The notes below the pieces were generated by a model. That model was not told where the DNA came from, did not search any database, and saw only the letters and a list, made by a program, of their open reading frames with translations. The position numbers and the translations under genes are program-made. A stretch of DNA of 63,209 bases, filler included, from Phoronis australis (taxonomy: Eukaryota > Animalia > Phoronida): NCBI GenBank assembly GCA_002633005.1. It is 6 parts of 6 records of this genome, joined end to end, with 100 filler letters (N's around TTAATTAATTAA, not from the genome) between each part and the next. Parts side by side here need not be neighbours in the genome. Positions count along the whole stretch, not along the records: positions 20,699 to 50,125 come from NMRA01001293.1; 5 more parts are not named here. The stretch is one strand, 5' to 3'. Shown here in pieces: positions 25,452 to 36,239 of this stretch; position 1 is the first letter of the stretch; each line of letters starts with the position of its first letter.

Positions 25452-25521
25452 ATGTTCTTCTGGAAAAGTGAAAGTCTTCTTCATCTGCTGGCTATTCTGC
25501 TACTCATACCTGGTTGGAACT
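25452..25521 (+). CDS. Transmembrane mucin exon 1: signal peptide MFFWKSESLLHLLAILLLIPGWN(C)
   Basis: ATG at 25452 after acceptor tgtcag (25431); gtaagt donor, phase 1; splicing to 36240 gives ...PGWNCVAA/NNTS, a plausible signal cleavage site. Confidence 0.7.
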
Positions 25522-27161
25522 GTAAGTATAATGCAAGACTTGACAATCAAGATTGCTAAATGTAAGGGAAATTCACTATTAGAATTCGTTCAGTCTTCAA
25601 AAAGCGTGTTTTTTGTTTGGATAATTAAGAAGAAGTTTTAATGATAATGTTTCGACGATATCCATCTTTATCCTTTCCACATTAATTTAAGTTTAGCCTT
25701 GGTCTGAAAAGTGAACTTGTCGAATGTTTACACTGTTATTGTTCGTTTATGGTTCAATGTCCTGAAATTCAAAATTGTTGCCCCAACTTCCTGAAGCTCA
25801 GTCAGTTTTGGGGCAGCATTTCTGAGATCATTTTGAAAAGACCGGTTTGTTGAAGTCAAAGGCTTTGGCCAGAGCTAAAAGACAACAAACTCTGTTGTGC
25901 TTCTGTGATTTCATAATCAATCTCCGACTACCAACAAAGACAACAACCTCATCAGCCAGTCGTCGTGAATATGTGCAATGCTGGCTTGATTAAAAACAGG
26001 GGATAACCAATTGAATGTGGGTTGGTGAGGAGGCCAACACTTAGAAGGAATAACCTATGTGAACCACGCAAAAAGTGAATGAGCCATCTGTTTATCGCCC
26101 TTTTGTCTTACGGAAATTCGCTAGTCAGAAAATGAAATTTACAAAAAACGGATTTAAGTCGTGCGGTTACCGTTTTCAGAAACACGACTTAAATTTGAAA
26201 TGTCAAGAGCACTTTTAGAGTGCTTTCAGTTAGTCATAATTAAATGAGCACGAGTCTAAATTTGAAGCTTAAGGTGGTAGCTGAACAATCTGGAAGGAAG
26301 TGTTTCAAACGATGGTATGAGAAAGGATTCACCTAGGTTTAATGTTTTTTGGATAGTGATGAATTTGTGTTTAACAAAATGTTTATGCAGGAATTGTTTT
26401 TTTCCACTAATTAAAGAATTTTATGGGATTTTACATTCTATAAGGAAATATATGGGATCCTTTGACCTAAGGTCTGTGTTTATTACTTTGCCATGTTTTC
26501 CCAATTCTTAGTGGTTCTAATTTAGTGCGTATTCAAAAAAGCCTATACTAGCTCAAGTAATGTTAACTATAAAAACAAAATCTGAATTCAGACCAGAAAG
26601 CCCCTCTTAAGAGATATGATATATAGATTTTTCCCATCACTACTACACTGGAGAAATATTTGAAATTATTTATCTATTGCAGGAGTAGTGGTAAAAAGTC
26701 TAAGAGTCATCTCTCTGTTTTACTTCTGACATAAAACTTAAATGGCTTCTGTTTAGACTACCGCATCGATGTTTTAATTCTATTTCACATATACTTAGAG
26801 TCAAGGACTCGGATACATGCACTATTGTAAAGAGGCCGGAATCTGAAGAACTAATTCTTCTTTTATTGGCTTTGTCTTGCATCACATCCTTGTGGCATTC
26901 GTTTGAATGGAGGGTTTTTGAAAGAACACAGGGCTCACTTACATAAAAGTTATACGCAGTATAGCAACAATGACGTCACATTTTCATGCGTATTGAGCGA
27001 TAAACCTGACGTCATGCAACAATCAAACTTATCCAGCGGATAATTTTGAAGTTTTATGCAACGCAGCCCTGTAGTGTTTAATTTAACCGATTAAGGAATC
27101 AATTCCCAGTTTAGATCGATTTAAAATAGCCATTCTAGATTACTTTTAAGTTGAAAAATTA

Positions 27162-29325
27162 ATTCTTTATAAATACTGTAAATTTATTGAATTTGAAAAT
27201 GGATGACCTCTTGTAGACTCACTCTTTAGTTGAAAGCATAGACATCTGATCCCTGTGCCAATGTAAGGTTTGTATGTGACGTGAATGGTATTTTTCTTAC
27301 ATTTTTTGGTGCACAATCATAACTGCATGATACAATTGTTATTTATTTATTTTAATTCAAATTGTGGTTGTACCCTAAAAATGTGCTAAGATTTAAACAA
27401 CGAATTCAAAATAAAAAACACCCAACTCCTTGTGCGTATAAGCCACTGATTACATAGTGGCATACATAAACGTTTTTTGTTTAATAATGCTTCTTGAACA
27501 AAAACAGAAAGCTCCCTGAACAAATTAATCATTAAAAACTGAAATTATCTACATCAGAAAAATTCAGAAAAGTAGCATGCAAGTTGCTGGCCTCATTGTA
27601 GGGTTTCCTGTGTAAGTCGGGTTATAGAGTACAGTGTCTCAAAAATGAAGTTCATTTTCTACAGCATTTAGACCATATAGGCTACATAGCCTTTTTCTTT
27701 TTCAATACTAGTGTACCTTTCAACCTTCCAAGAACACTGATTTCCCTTCCACGTATGACAAATGCGTGCATGTGCTTACAATGAGTTGCTTAAGTCGCTT
27801 GAGGTCAAATGACACATTTTCCATAACGGTACATCTATGTCTTGCCATACCAAATAAGGAGATGTGCTTTGCCTTGAGGGAGAAAAATCAACGAAGTGGC
27901 GACCAGTTGACTGATCGTTTTTTTTTTTTTAATTTGAAGCTAAAAAATGCTTTGATATCAACAGAAATTAAAAATCTTTACGAACAAACCGTAAGAATAC
28001 CTGGTGAGCAGGCTGCATTCTGTTTCAGTGACAGAAGACTACTTTCAATATTGCAATTTTGTTTGTTTATCGCGTTCCGGGCCTCTTTAAATGTCATGTA
28101 GTTTTCAACTTTGGTTTAACCTAATACTCTCTTTCCAATTTTCCTTGCCAATGCTAAACATAATAGAATTCATGCTTTCCATATCAAAGTAAGACTTGGA
28201 TGCAAAGAAGTTATTCATATTGCACAAATTGAAAATACATTTCAGTTCAGCTGACCCGTTTTGTAAGAAATGGCTTAAGTAGTATTAAAAGTTTTCCAGT
28301 TTAGGCAATTTTTGTTAATTGCAGGTGGTCTGATAAACGTTGTACCGTGCTTTATTATTATATGGTTAAAACCGAGCTGAGGAGCTAGAAACTTGGCTCA
28401 AGGGCTTAGCAGTGTGACCTGGTGGGACTTGAACCCACGACCTCGAGTAAAGAAAGCGGGCACTTATCAACCAGGCCACACTGCCTCCTCTTGTAATGTG
28501 GGCAATTGGAAAACCACGCTCATTAGTCTATTCTACGGTCTCAACATACACACAAAATGTCTAAGCCTTGTAGGGAGCCGTCCTAAGTCCTCTTGCATGG
28601 CAAGGATAGGCGTGAATCGGCGAACCCCTAAACATATCTCATGGCACTGTTTTGAACATTTCATATCACTGAATCCCCAATACCAGCCCCATATTCCGTA
28701 ACAGGTAAAACTCCCACCTTATACATTATATTGAAAGTACCAAAAGCAACATCATTTGAGATAACTGCACCAAGCGCTCTACATTTACCAGCCGAGTAGC
28801 ATAAAGTATTAGTACTGGTATCAAAATTCGTCAAACTACATACCTATATACCCAAATATTTGCACATTGTCTTTAATTCAGGAGTGTGGCTAGGGCCCAT
28901 TTGCTGCTAAATTGAATGATATTGTTGTGTTTTCATTACCACGCAGTTTCCATTTAAGACACCAAGGGTGAACCATTTTTAACAAAAATGCAAGCCGGCA
29001 TCATTTGTCGCTAACAGAAAAATGCCATCTGCATAAAGTAAAATAGTTAACTCTAAGTCGTTATCAAATTTGATTCCGATGTTTCCGGGTTTTTTCGGTT
29101 GCAAGATCATTCGTTAAAGTACCAAATAGAGTGGCAAATTTTATTTTCTATAAAAACCGTAAATATATTGAATTTGAAAATAGATGGTCTCTTGTAAACA
29201 CACTCTTTGACTGAAAGCATAGACATCTGATCCCTGTGCCAATGTAAGGTTTGTATGTGACATGAATGGAATTTTCTTATACTTGTTGGTGTACAATCAT
29301 TACTGCGTAATACGATTGTTATTGT
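27162..29325. repeat. ~180-bp direct repeat pair (~27162-27345 and ~29143-29325)
   Basis: Shared core GAAAGCATAGACATCTGATCCCTGTGCCAATGTAAGGTTTGTATGTGAC is identical; flanks are diverged. Confidence 0.85.
28391..28487 (-). mobile_element. tRNA-derived SINE head
   Basis: Minus strand GAGGCAGTGTGGCCTGGTTGATAAG (A box)...GGGTTCAAGTCCCACC (B box)...CCCTTGAGCCAAG; no full cloverleaf. Confidence 0.7.
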
Positions 29326-29970
29326 CTATTTACCGAAATATGAATTAAGGTTGTACATTAAAAATGACAATTAATTTAGAAATTAAAGAATACGCCCAGA
29401 CCATTGGACTTATAGTTCACTGATAGTAGATGGTAAAACAAACACGTGGTCCTGACATGGTAAACTTTTTTCTAAAACCACTTTGTTCATCCACTGGCAC
29501 GTTAATATATTCGGCATGTTGCACCAATCTGTTTCTTATCAAATTTTTTAGTAGACCTTACCAAACCAAGATAGCAGTCTTATTCCCTGTAAAAAGAACA
29601 AATGGGTCATTTGCAAAACTTTTTGTACAACAATAGATTTCAATCATACAGACGGTACCATACCAGTACAAAAATACGTGTTCATAAAACTAAAATTAAG
29701 TCAAAAATATAATCCGACTTAATCATTTCATTTGGAATTTCAACGCAACCAGATGTTTTGTAACTTTCAAATTGCCTATTACATTTCTGACCCTCTGTTA
29801 GAGAAAGGGCAGTTGTAATTCATATTTAAGGAGATGTCACGTGTATCATTTTCCAGGTTTCTCTTCAAGATCAGCATGTAATTCTTTAAAATCCGATTCT
29901 GAATAGAGTTGTTTATTATACAGACATGATTATCTTATGTAGTTGGGGTTGTGGAATAATAGCAGATGTG

Positions 29971-32900
29971 AACTAGAAAGATTATTGTCACGGCGTGACA
30001 ATAACGGACTTTGCGCGTGCGTATTACTGGAATTATTATGCGAAGTTACTGACAGCAACCCGTTTACCAATATGAAAAGGAATTCTTTAAAATTGTAGGA
30101 CAAATTACATATCAATTTTTTGATGACCTTTCCACTAATTGACCTCTTCCGGTGCATTATGATCCCCGATGAAGGAGTAATTGTTAACTCGATTAAAAGT
30201 GTGGTTAATGCTAATAATCACAGATGTTTTACTTTAAGCACTTAAGAATACAACATGAATGAATTGGTCAAACTTTCAGTAGAAAAATGCACCTAATGAC
30301 CCCATGGGGGCACCAAATGACCCAAAAATTTAGAATTCAAACTCAATCGCATTTAGTAAACAAATATGTAATTTTGAAGTCTCTAGCTCAAAATTTTAAT
30401 TTTGCACTCAACGACCTTTGACCTATTTTTTCTGATTGGTTAGTAAGATTGCGTAGTTAAGTAGGTTGTTCAATTGGCAAGTTGACTTACACCAGTGTGC
30501 TGAAATTGAAAAGAATTCCTTGAAAAACGTAAGAGATATAACATTTTGAACGCTAACTGACCTTTGCACTAATTGACCCTATCCGGTGCATTATAAGCGT
30601 CTTAAGGAGAATTATTACAACAGCGATGAAAATGTGTTTAATGCTGAGAATTACAGTTGTCTAACGGTTGATTCATCAGTGTACTTGGAGAATGAAAAGG
30701 TAAAATTTTCAGAAGAAAAATGCACCTATTGACCCCATGTTTGCACTAAATGACCTGAAATTTGGATTCCAAATTGAATTATCTGTGCCAATCAGAACTG
30801 TGAATTTGAAATGTCTAGCTCAAAATTTTAGTTTGCACCTAATGACCTTTGACCTGTTTAACCTGATTGGAAGACCCAATTGCTTAGAAAAGTAACTTTT
30901 TAAATTGTCATGTTGACTTATACCTGTGTGTTGAAATTGAAAAGAATTCCTTGAAAAACGTAAGAGATATAACACTTTGAACGTTACATGACCTTTGCAC
31001 TAATTGACCTTATCCGGTGCATTTTAAGCATCTTTAGGAGAATTATTGCAAAGCCCATGGAAAATGTGTTCAACGCTGAGAATCACAGTTGTCTAACGGT
31101 TGACACATCAGAAAACTTGCTAATTGAAAAGGTCAAATTTTCAGAAGAAAAATGCATCTAATGACCCCATGTTTGCACTAAATGACCTGAAACTTTGGAT
31201 TCCGATTTAATTTAACTGTGGCAATCAGACCTGTCAATTTGAAGTGTCTAGCTCAAAATTTTAGTTTGCACCTAATGACCTTTGACCTATTGGATGACCC
31301 GATTACTTAGAAAAGTAATTTTTTAAATTGCCATGTTGACATATACCTGTGCACCGAATTTGAAAAAGATAGCTTTAAAACTGAAGGAGGAGTAGCATTT
31401 TGAAAATTATGTGACCTTTGCACCAAACGACCCCTTCCGGTGCAATATGGAATATGATTATATAACCAATCAAAATTTATAGACTGTCAAAAGTCATATG
31501 CTGAATTTAAAAACCGTACCTGCACCCAATTTGGAGTTATTAAGCCTCAAAGTTGGTCGGAAGAAGAATAAGAAGAACTAGAAAGATTATTGTCACGGCG
31601 TGACAATAATGGACTCTGCGCGTGCGTATTAAAGGAATTGTTATGGGAAGTTACTGACAGCAATCCCGTTTACCCAATTATGAAAAGAAATTCTTTAAAA
31701 CTGTAGGAGTAATTACATGCTAATGTTTTGATGACCTTTCCACTAACTGACCTCTTCCGGTGCATTATGAACCCCAGTGAGGGAATATTTGTGCAACCAA
31801 TTTAAAGTATAGTTAATGCTAAGAATCACAGATGTTTTGCTTTAAGCACTTAAGAATACAACATGAATTAATTGGTCAAACTTTCAGAAGAAAAATGCAC
31901 CTAATGACCCCATGGATGCACCAAATGACCCAAAAATTTAGAATTCAAACTCAATTGCGTTTAGTAAACAGATATATAATTTTGAAGTCTCTAGCTCAAA
32001 ATTTTAATTTTGCACTCAATGACCTTTGACCTATTTTTTCTGATTGGTTAGGCCTATTGCGTAGTTAAGTAGGTTGTTCAATTGGCATGTTGAGATACGC
32101 TAGTGTGCTGAAATTGAAATGAATTCCTTGAAAAACGTAAGAGATATAATTTTTTGAATGTTAACTGACCTTTGCACTAATTGACCCTATCCGGTGCATT
32201 ATAGGCGTCTTTAGGAGAATTATTGCAAAGCCCATGGAAAATGTGTGTAATGCTGAGAATCACAGTTGTCTAACGGTTGATACATCAGTGTACTTGGAGA
32301 ATGAAAAGGTCAAATTTTCAGAAGAAAAATGTACCTAATGACCCCATGTTTGCACTAAATGACCTGAAACTTTGGATTCAAATTGAATTATCTGTGCCAA
32401 TCAGAACTGTGAATTTGAAGTGTCTAGCTCAAAATTTTAGTTTGCACCTAATGACCTTTCACCTGTTTAACCTGATTGGATGACCCAATTGCTTAGAAAA
32501 GTAATTTTTTAAATTGTCATGTTGACTTATACCTGTGCGCTGAAATTGAAAAGAATTCTTTGAAAAACGTTAGAGATATAACATTTTGAACGTTACATGA
32601 CCTTTGCACTAATTGACCTTATCCGGTGCATTTTAAGCATCTTTAGGAGAATTATAACAAAGCCCATGGAAAATGTGTTTAACGCTGAGAATCACAGTTG
32701 CCTAACGGTTGACACATCTGAATACTTGCTGATTGAAAAGTTCAAATTTTCAGAAGAAAAATGCACCTAATGACCCCATGTTTACACTAAATGACCTGAA
32801 ACTTTGGATTCCGATTTGATTTACCTGTGGCAATCAGACCTGTTAATTTGAAGTGTCTAGCTCAAATTTTAGTTTGCACCTAATGACCTTTGACCTGTTT

Positions 32901-33485
32901 CACCTGATTGGATGACCCGATTACTTAGAAAAGTAATTTTTTGAATTGTCATGTTGACCTTTACCTGTGCAACGAATTTGAAAAAGATAGCTTTAAAACT
33001 GAAGGAGGAGTAGCATTTTGAAAATTATATGACCTTTGCACCAAATGACCCCTTCCGGTGCAATATGGAATATGATTATATAATCAATCAAAATTTATTT
33101 ACTATCAAAGGTCATATGCTGAATTTAAAGACCGTACCTGCACCCAATTTGGAGTTATTAAGCCTCAAAGTTGGTCGGAAGAAGAATAAGAAGAATAAGA
33201 ATAAGAATAAGAATAAGAAGAATAAGAATAAAATTGAAGAAAACCCAGGAACAACAGTACTCTGCGCTTACACGCGCAGAGTAATAAGAATAAGAATAAG
33301 AATAAGAATAAGAATAAAATTGAAGAAAACCCAGGAACAACAGTACTCTGCGCTTACACGCGCAGAGTAATAAAATTGAAGAAAACCCAGGAACAACAGG
33401 ACTCTGCGCTTACACGCGCAGAGTAATAAAATTGAAGAAAACCCAGGAACAACAGTACTCTGCGCTTACACGCGCAGAGTAATAA
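29971..33485 (+). mobile_element. HINE/DINE-like composite element, two ~1.6-kb copies, each with four diverged ~430-bp core repeats, microsatellite and terminal hairpin modules
   Basis: Copies start AACTAGAAAG plus palindrome TATTGTCACG-G-CGTGACAATA (29971, 31576); core marker TGACCTTT.CAC...CCGGTGCA at ~30124/30558/30989/31412 and ~31732/32166/32598/33030; (AATAAG)n; 56-bp module with hairpin TACTCTGCGC-TTACAC-GCGCAGAGTA x4. Confidence 0.75.
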
Positions 33486-33948
33486 CCTAAGACGAGAAGT
33501 TTCGTCTTGATTAAAGACCTGAGCTCAATGGTTCATTCTAGTTCAAACACTACACTCACTCGCCATGAAGATGCGGAGATTTGGATCTAGATGACTCATA
33601 ATGGTAAATGGCAATGAATTATATCTGTAAATGTATTTTTCTGTGCTCTGCCGAGACAGAAGTATCAAAATATTGAGCACTGTCCGGTAATTGCCGCGGC
33701 CTCCTACAACGCAAGTTCGATTGGCAGCAAATCAACACCAGCCATTAACATGGAAAGCGGTAAAAGAAAACATGAAAAGAATCCTACGCTGACACCTTAA
33801 CTGGTCGAGATTGGGCAACTCGACCGGTTTGCGCTCAACAGACAGGTCAAAGAAACCATGCTGTTGTGGCTAATTAAATCGCTTCATACTGCTGATGTTA
33901 TCGTTCACTAGATAATGAGACCATCATAAACACATTGGAAGTGACCAT

Positions 33949-34112
33949 AATAGGTTATCCCACATACATAGGAATACTACTCCGACATCCTTTCTCGAAT
34001 TCATCTGGCAATGTCGCAACTTCACCTTCGGTCTCGTTGGGACATTCCCAGATGAAATGAATTCTCGATAGGATATGGCAGTGGTATTCCTATGTATGTG
34101 GGATAACCTATT
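33949..34112. mobile_element. 164-bp palindromic MITE flanked by a CAT duplication
   Basis: AATAGGTTATCCCACATACATAGGAATAC...GTATTCCTATGTATGTGGGATAACCTATT is a perfect 29-bp TIR; inner arms also pair; CAT on both sides. Confidence 0.8.
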
Positions 34113-34665
34113 CATATCTTGCCTTCCAATTTCGTTAGGATGACTCTGAAGGTGCTAGAGCTAAAATTACGTGCAATTAGGGCTTTAAATTAACATTTGT
34201 TGAATCACACCTAAAGTCTACATTTGTGTTTGCCTATTCGCTTGGATGTCACCTGTTTAACGTTTTGGAACTAGTCAACTAAATTTAAAGAGTTGAACTT
34301 AAAAAGAATGATAATAACTTGGCCATATTTACGTATCCCTTTAAATTATTATTACCAGGCAAAGACACTGGTCAATTTTAATATTTCTCAGCTCTCCGGT
34401 AGCGTTAAATGGGAAAAGAAAGTTTTTGACGTACATCCAATAATCCAAACTTTTGTAAAAGTTTCAGGTGCTGAAATGCCCCCGTGGTTACATGAATGGG
34501 AATAAATCTAAGACTCGCGAAATTTTTGCTGTGACTGGGCATTTTTATTTCTATGGGCAGTTCCAATTCGCGTCATAATAATGCCGGAGACGTCACCCTT
34601 AACACCCCAACCGTATTTTCATGTTAAGTATGGCGTTATGGTAAAATCTGTCGCACGTTATTATT

Positions 34666-35335
34666 TTTATCGTAATCTATTTTGCCCGGGGTACGCCACG
34701 AGCTATGTTGCAGAGTAAAACAAGAGGAGGATTGCGAATATTGTCATTTATTATGACGTAGATATATAAAACTAACTAAGACTCTGCAAGATGGGCATGG
34801 ACAAAACGCCCACGGTCGTGTACACTGAATAGCCCCGAAAGAGGCAACAAAACAAAAGAACCGCCTGAAGGGCTTAAAGGAAAAGTACAGAACATGAACA
34901 CAAAACTTGAAAAAACCTAACAGGAAACCGACACCCGGGATGGGGGGTGGGGAAAAATGCAGAGAACGAATGTAGGTCTTTTAGACGACGAGGTAGGTGG
35001 CTGAATGAGAGACCACGTTGAACTGAACAAAGGAAATATAGGCGACCAATCAGGAGTCGCGTAGAGAAATGTATGAATACAAAAGTAGGCCCTTGAGGCT
35101 ATAAATAGAGATGAGTAATGCAAAATAAACCCTAAGGACTGGTATCAAAATAAAGAGACAAGTGTCAAAATAATGACGATAAATGCATTTAACAAGTTAA
35201 ATTTAATTTATCGTAATCTATTTTGCCCGGGCAACGCCACGAGCTATGTTGCAGAGTAAAACAAGAGGAGGATTGCGAATATTGTCATTTATTATGACGT
35301 AAATATATAAAACTAACTAAGACTCTGCAAGATGG
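34666..35335. repeat. 129-bp direct repeats (34666-34794, 35207-35335) bracketing a 412-bp insert
   Basis: TTTATCGTAATCTATTTTGCCCGGG...GACTCTGCAAGATGG is near-identical in both copies. Confidence 0.9.
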
Positions 35336-36239
35336 TTAAAGTCACAATAATTAAATAATCTGTTTGAAATGAAACATTACTGTTATTTGTTGAGAATTAG
35401 TCAGTGTTGCAAAACAGTGATTGCTGCCAGTGTGACAAAAAACATAACGCTGTCGTTGATTTACGGCATTGAAAAACCTATGTTTGAGCATGATTTTCAA
35501 TTTCAAATAACATATAAGTTCATTTGGAAATTGTTGATTTTGCGTTGAATTTTATTATTTTGCGTTCAGTAATAGCACGCTACATCAAAGTTCGCTGGGG
35601 TATTACATCCAAGCCCAAGTGCAGACATTAGGTGTGACCGGTGACGTAAACTATTTCGAATTTATTAAAGGAAACAGTTCTTATCTTAGACTGTTCTTGT
35701 CAACTGAACTTATTTCAAAATCTCGCGAACAGTATTTTCAATAAAGAAATGCAGTGGGGTAACCGCGGCTTAGAAATTGACGCGCTTTTGACAAAGAAAT
35801 AACGAAATCGTGAGCTATGATTAAAGTGGCCAAAATTTGACAACGAAATTAATCCGTTTTTGAAAGGATTTTAATATTTAATCTAATTAGAGGGAATTTT
35901 TCAGTAAAACATTCAATTTTCAAGTTTTGTAAGAAGTGTCTTTGATTAGGGGAATGTAACGGAAATTCTAATTCGGTGACCCCGAAATTTTGGCGTATTA
36001 ATAGCAAGATAAGACCATAGCACAAAATAGGAAAACTAACAAAATCAAACCATCAAATACAATTGCCTCGGACCCCTGAAATAAAAAATCACGGCGTATT
36101 TATTTTGTGTATATGAATGGATATAGAAAATACAGGTACATACAAATCCAATTGAGTCAGGGATTAGATAGCTATGAATAACTGTAAATATGCTCATAAA
36201 TAATCGAAACAAACAGAAGACAATTATGTTTCATTTTAG

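Noticed and set aside
28391-28487. Possible tRNA gene
   Set aside because: A and B boxes are present but acceptor and anticodon stems do not form, and it continues into a SINE-like body.
33225-33485. Hairpin repeats resembling a CRISPR array
   Set aside because: There are no unique spacers or cas genes, the context is eukaryotic, and the modules are simple tandem copies.
33495-33532. Hammerhead-ribozyme-like stem on the minus strand (GTCTT-TAATC-AAGAC-GAAAC)
   Set aside because: The CUGAUGA core is absent (TTGAGCTCAG); at most a dead relic.
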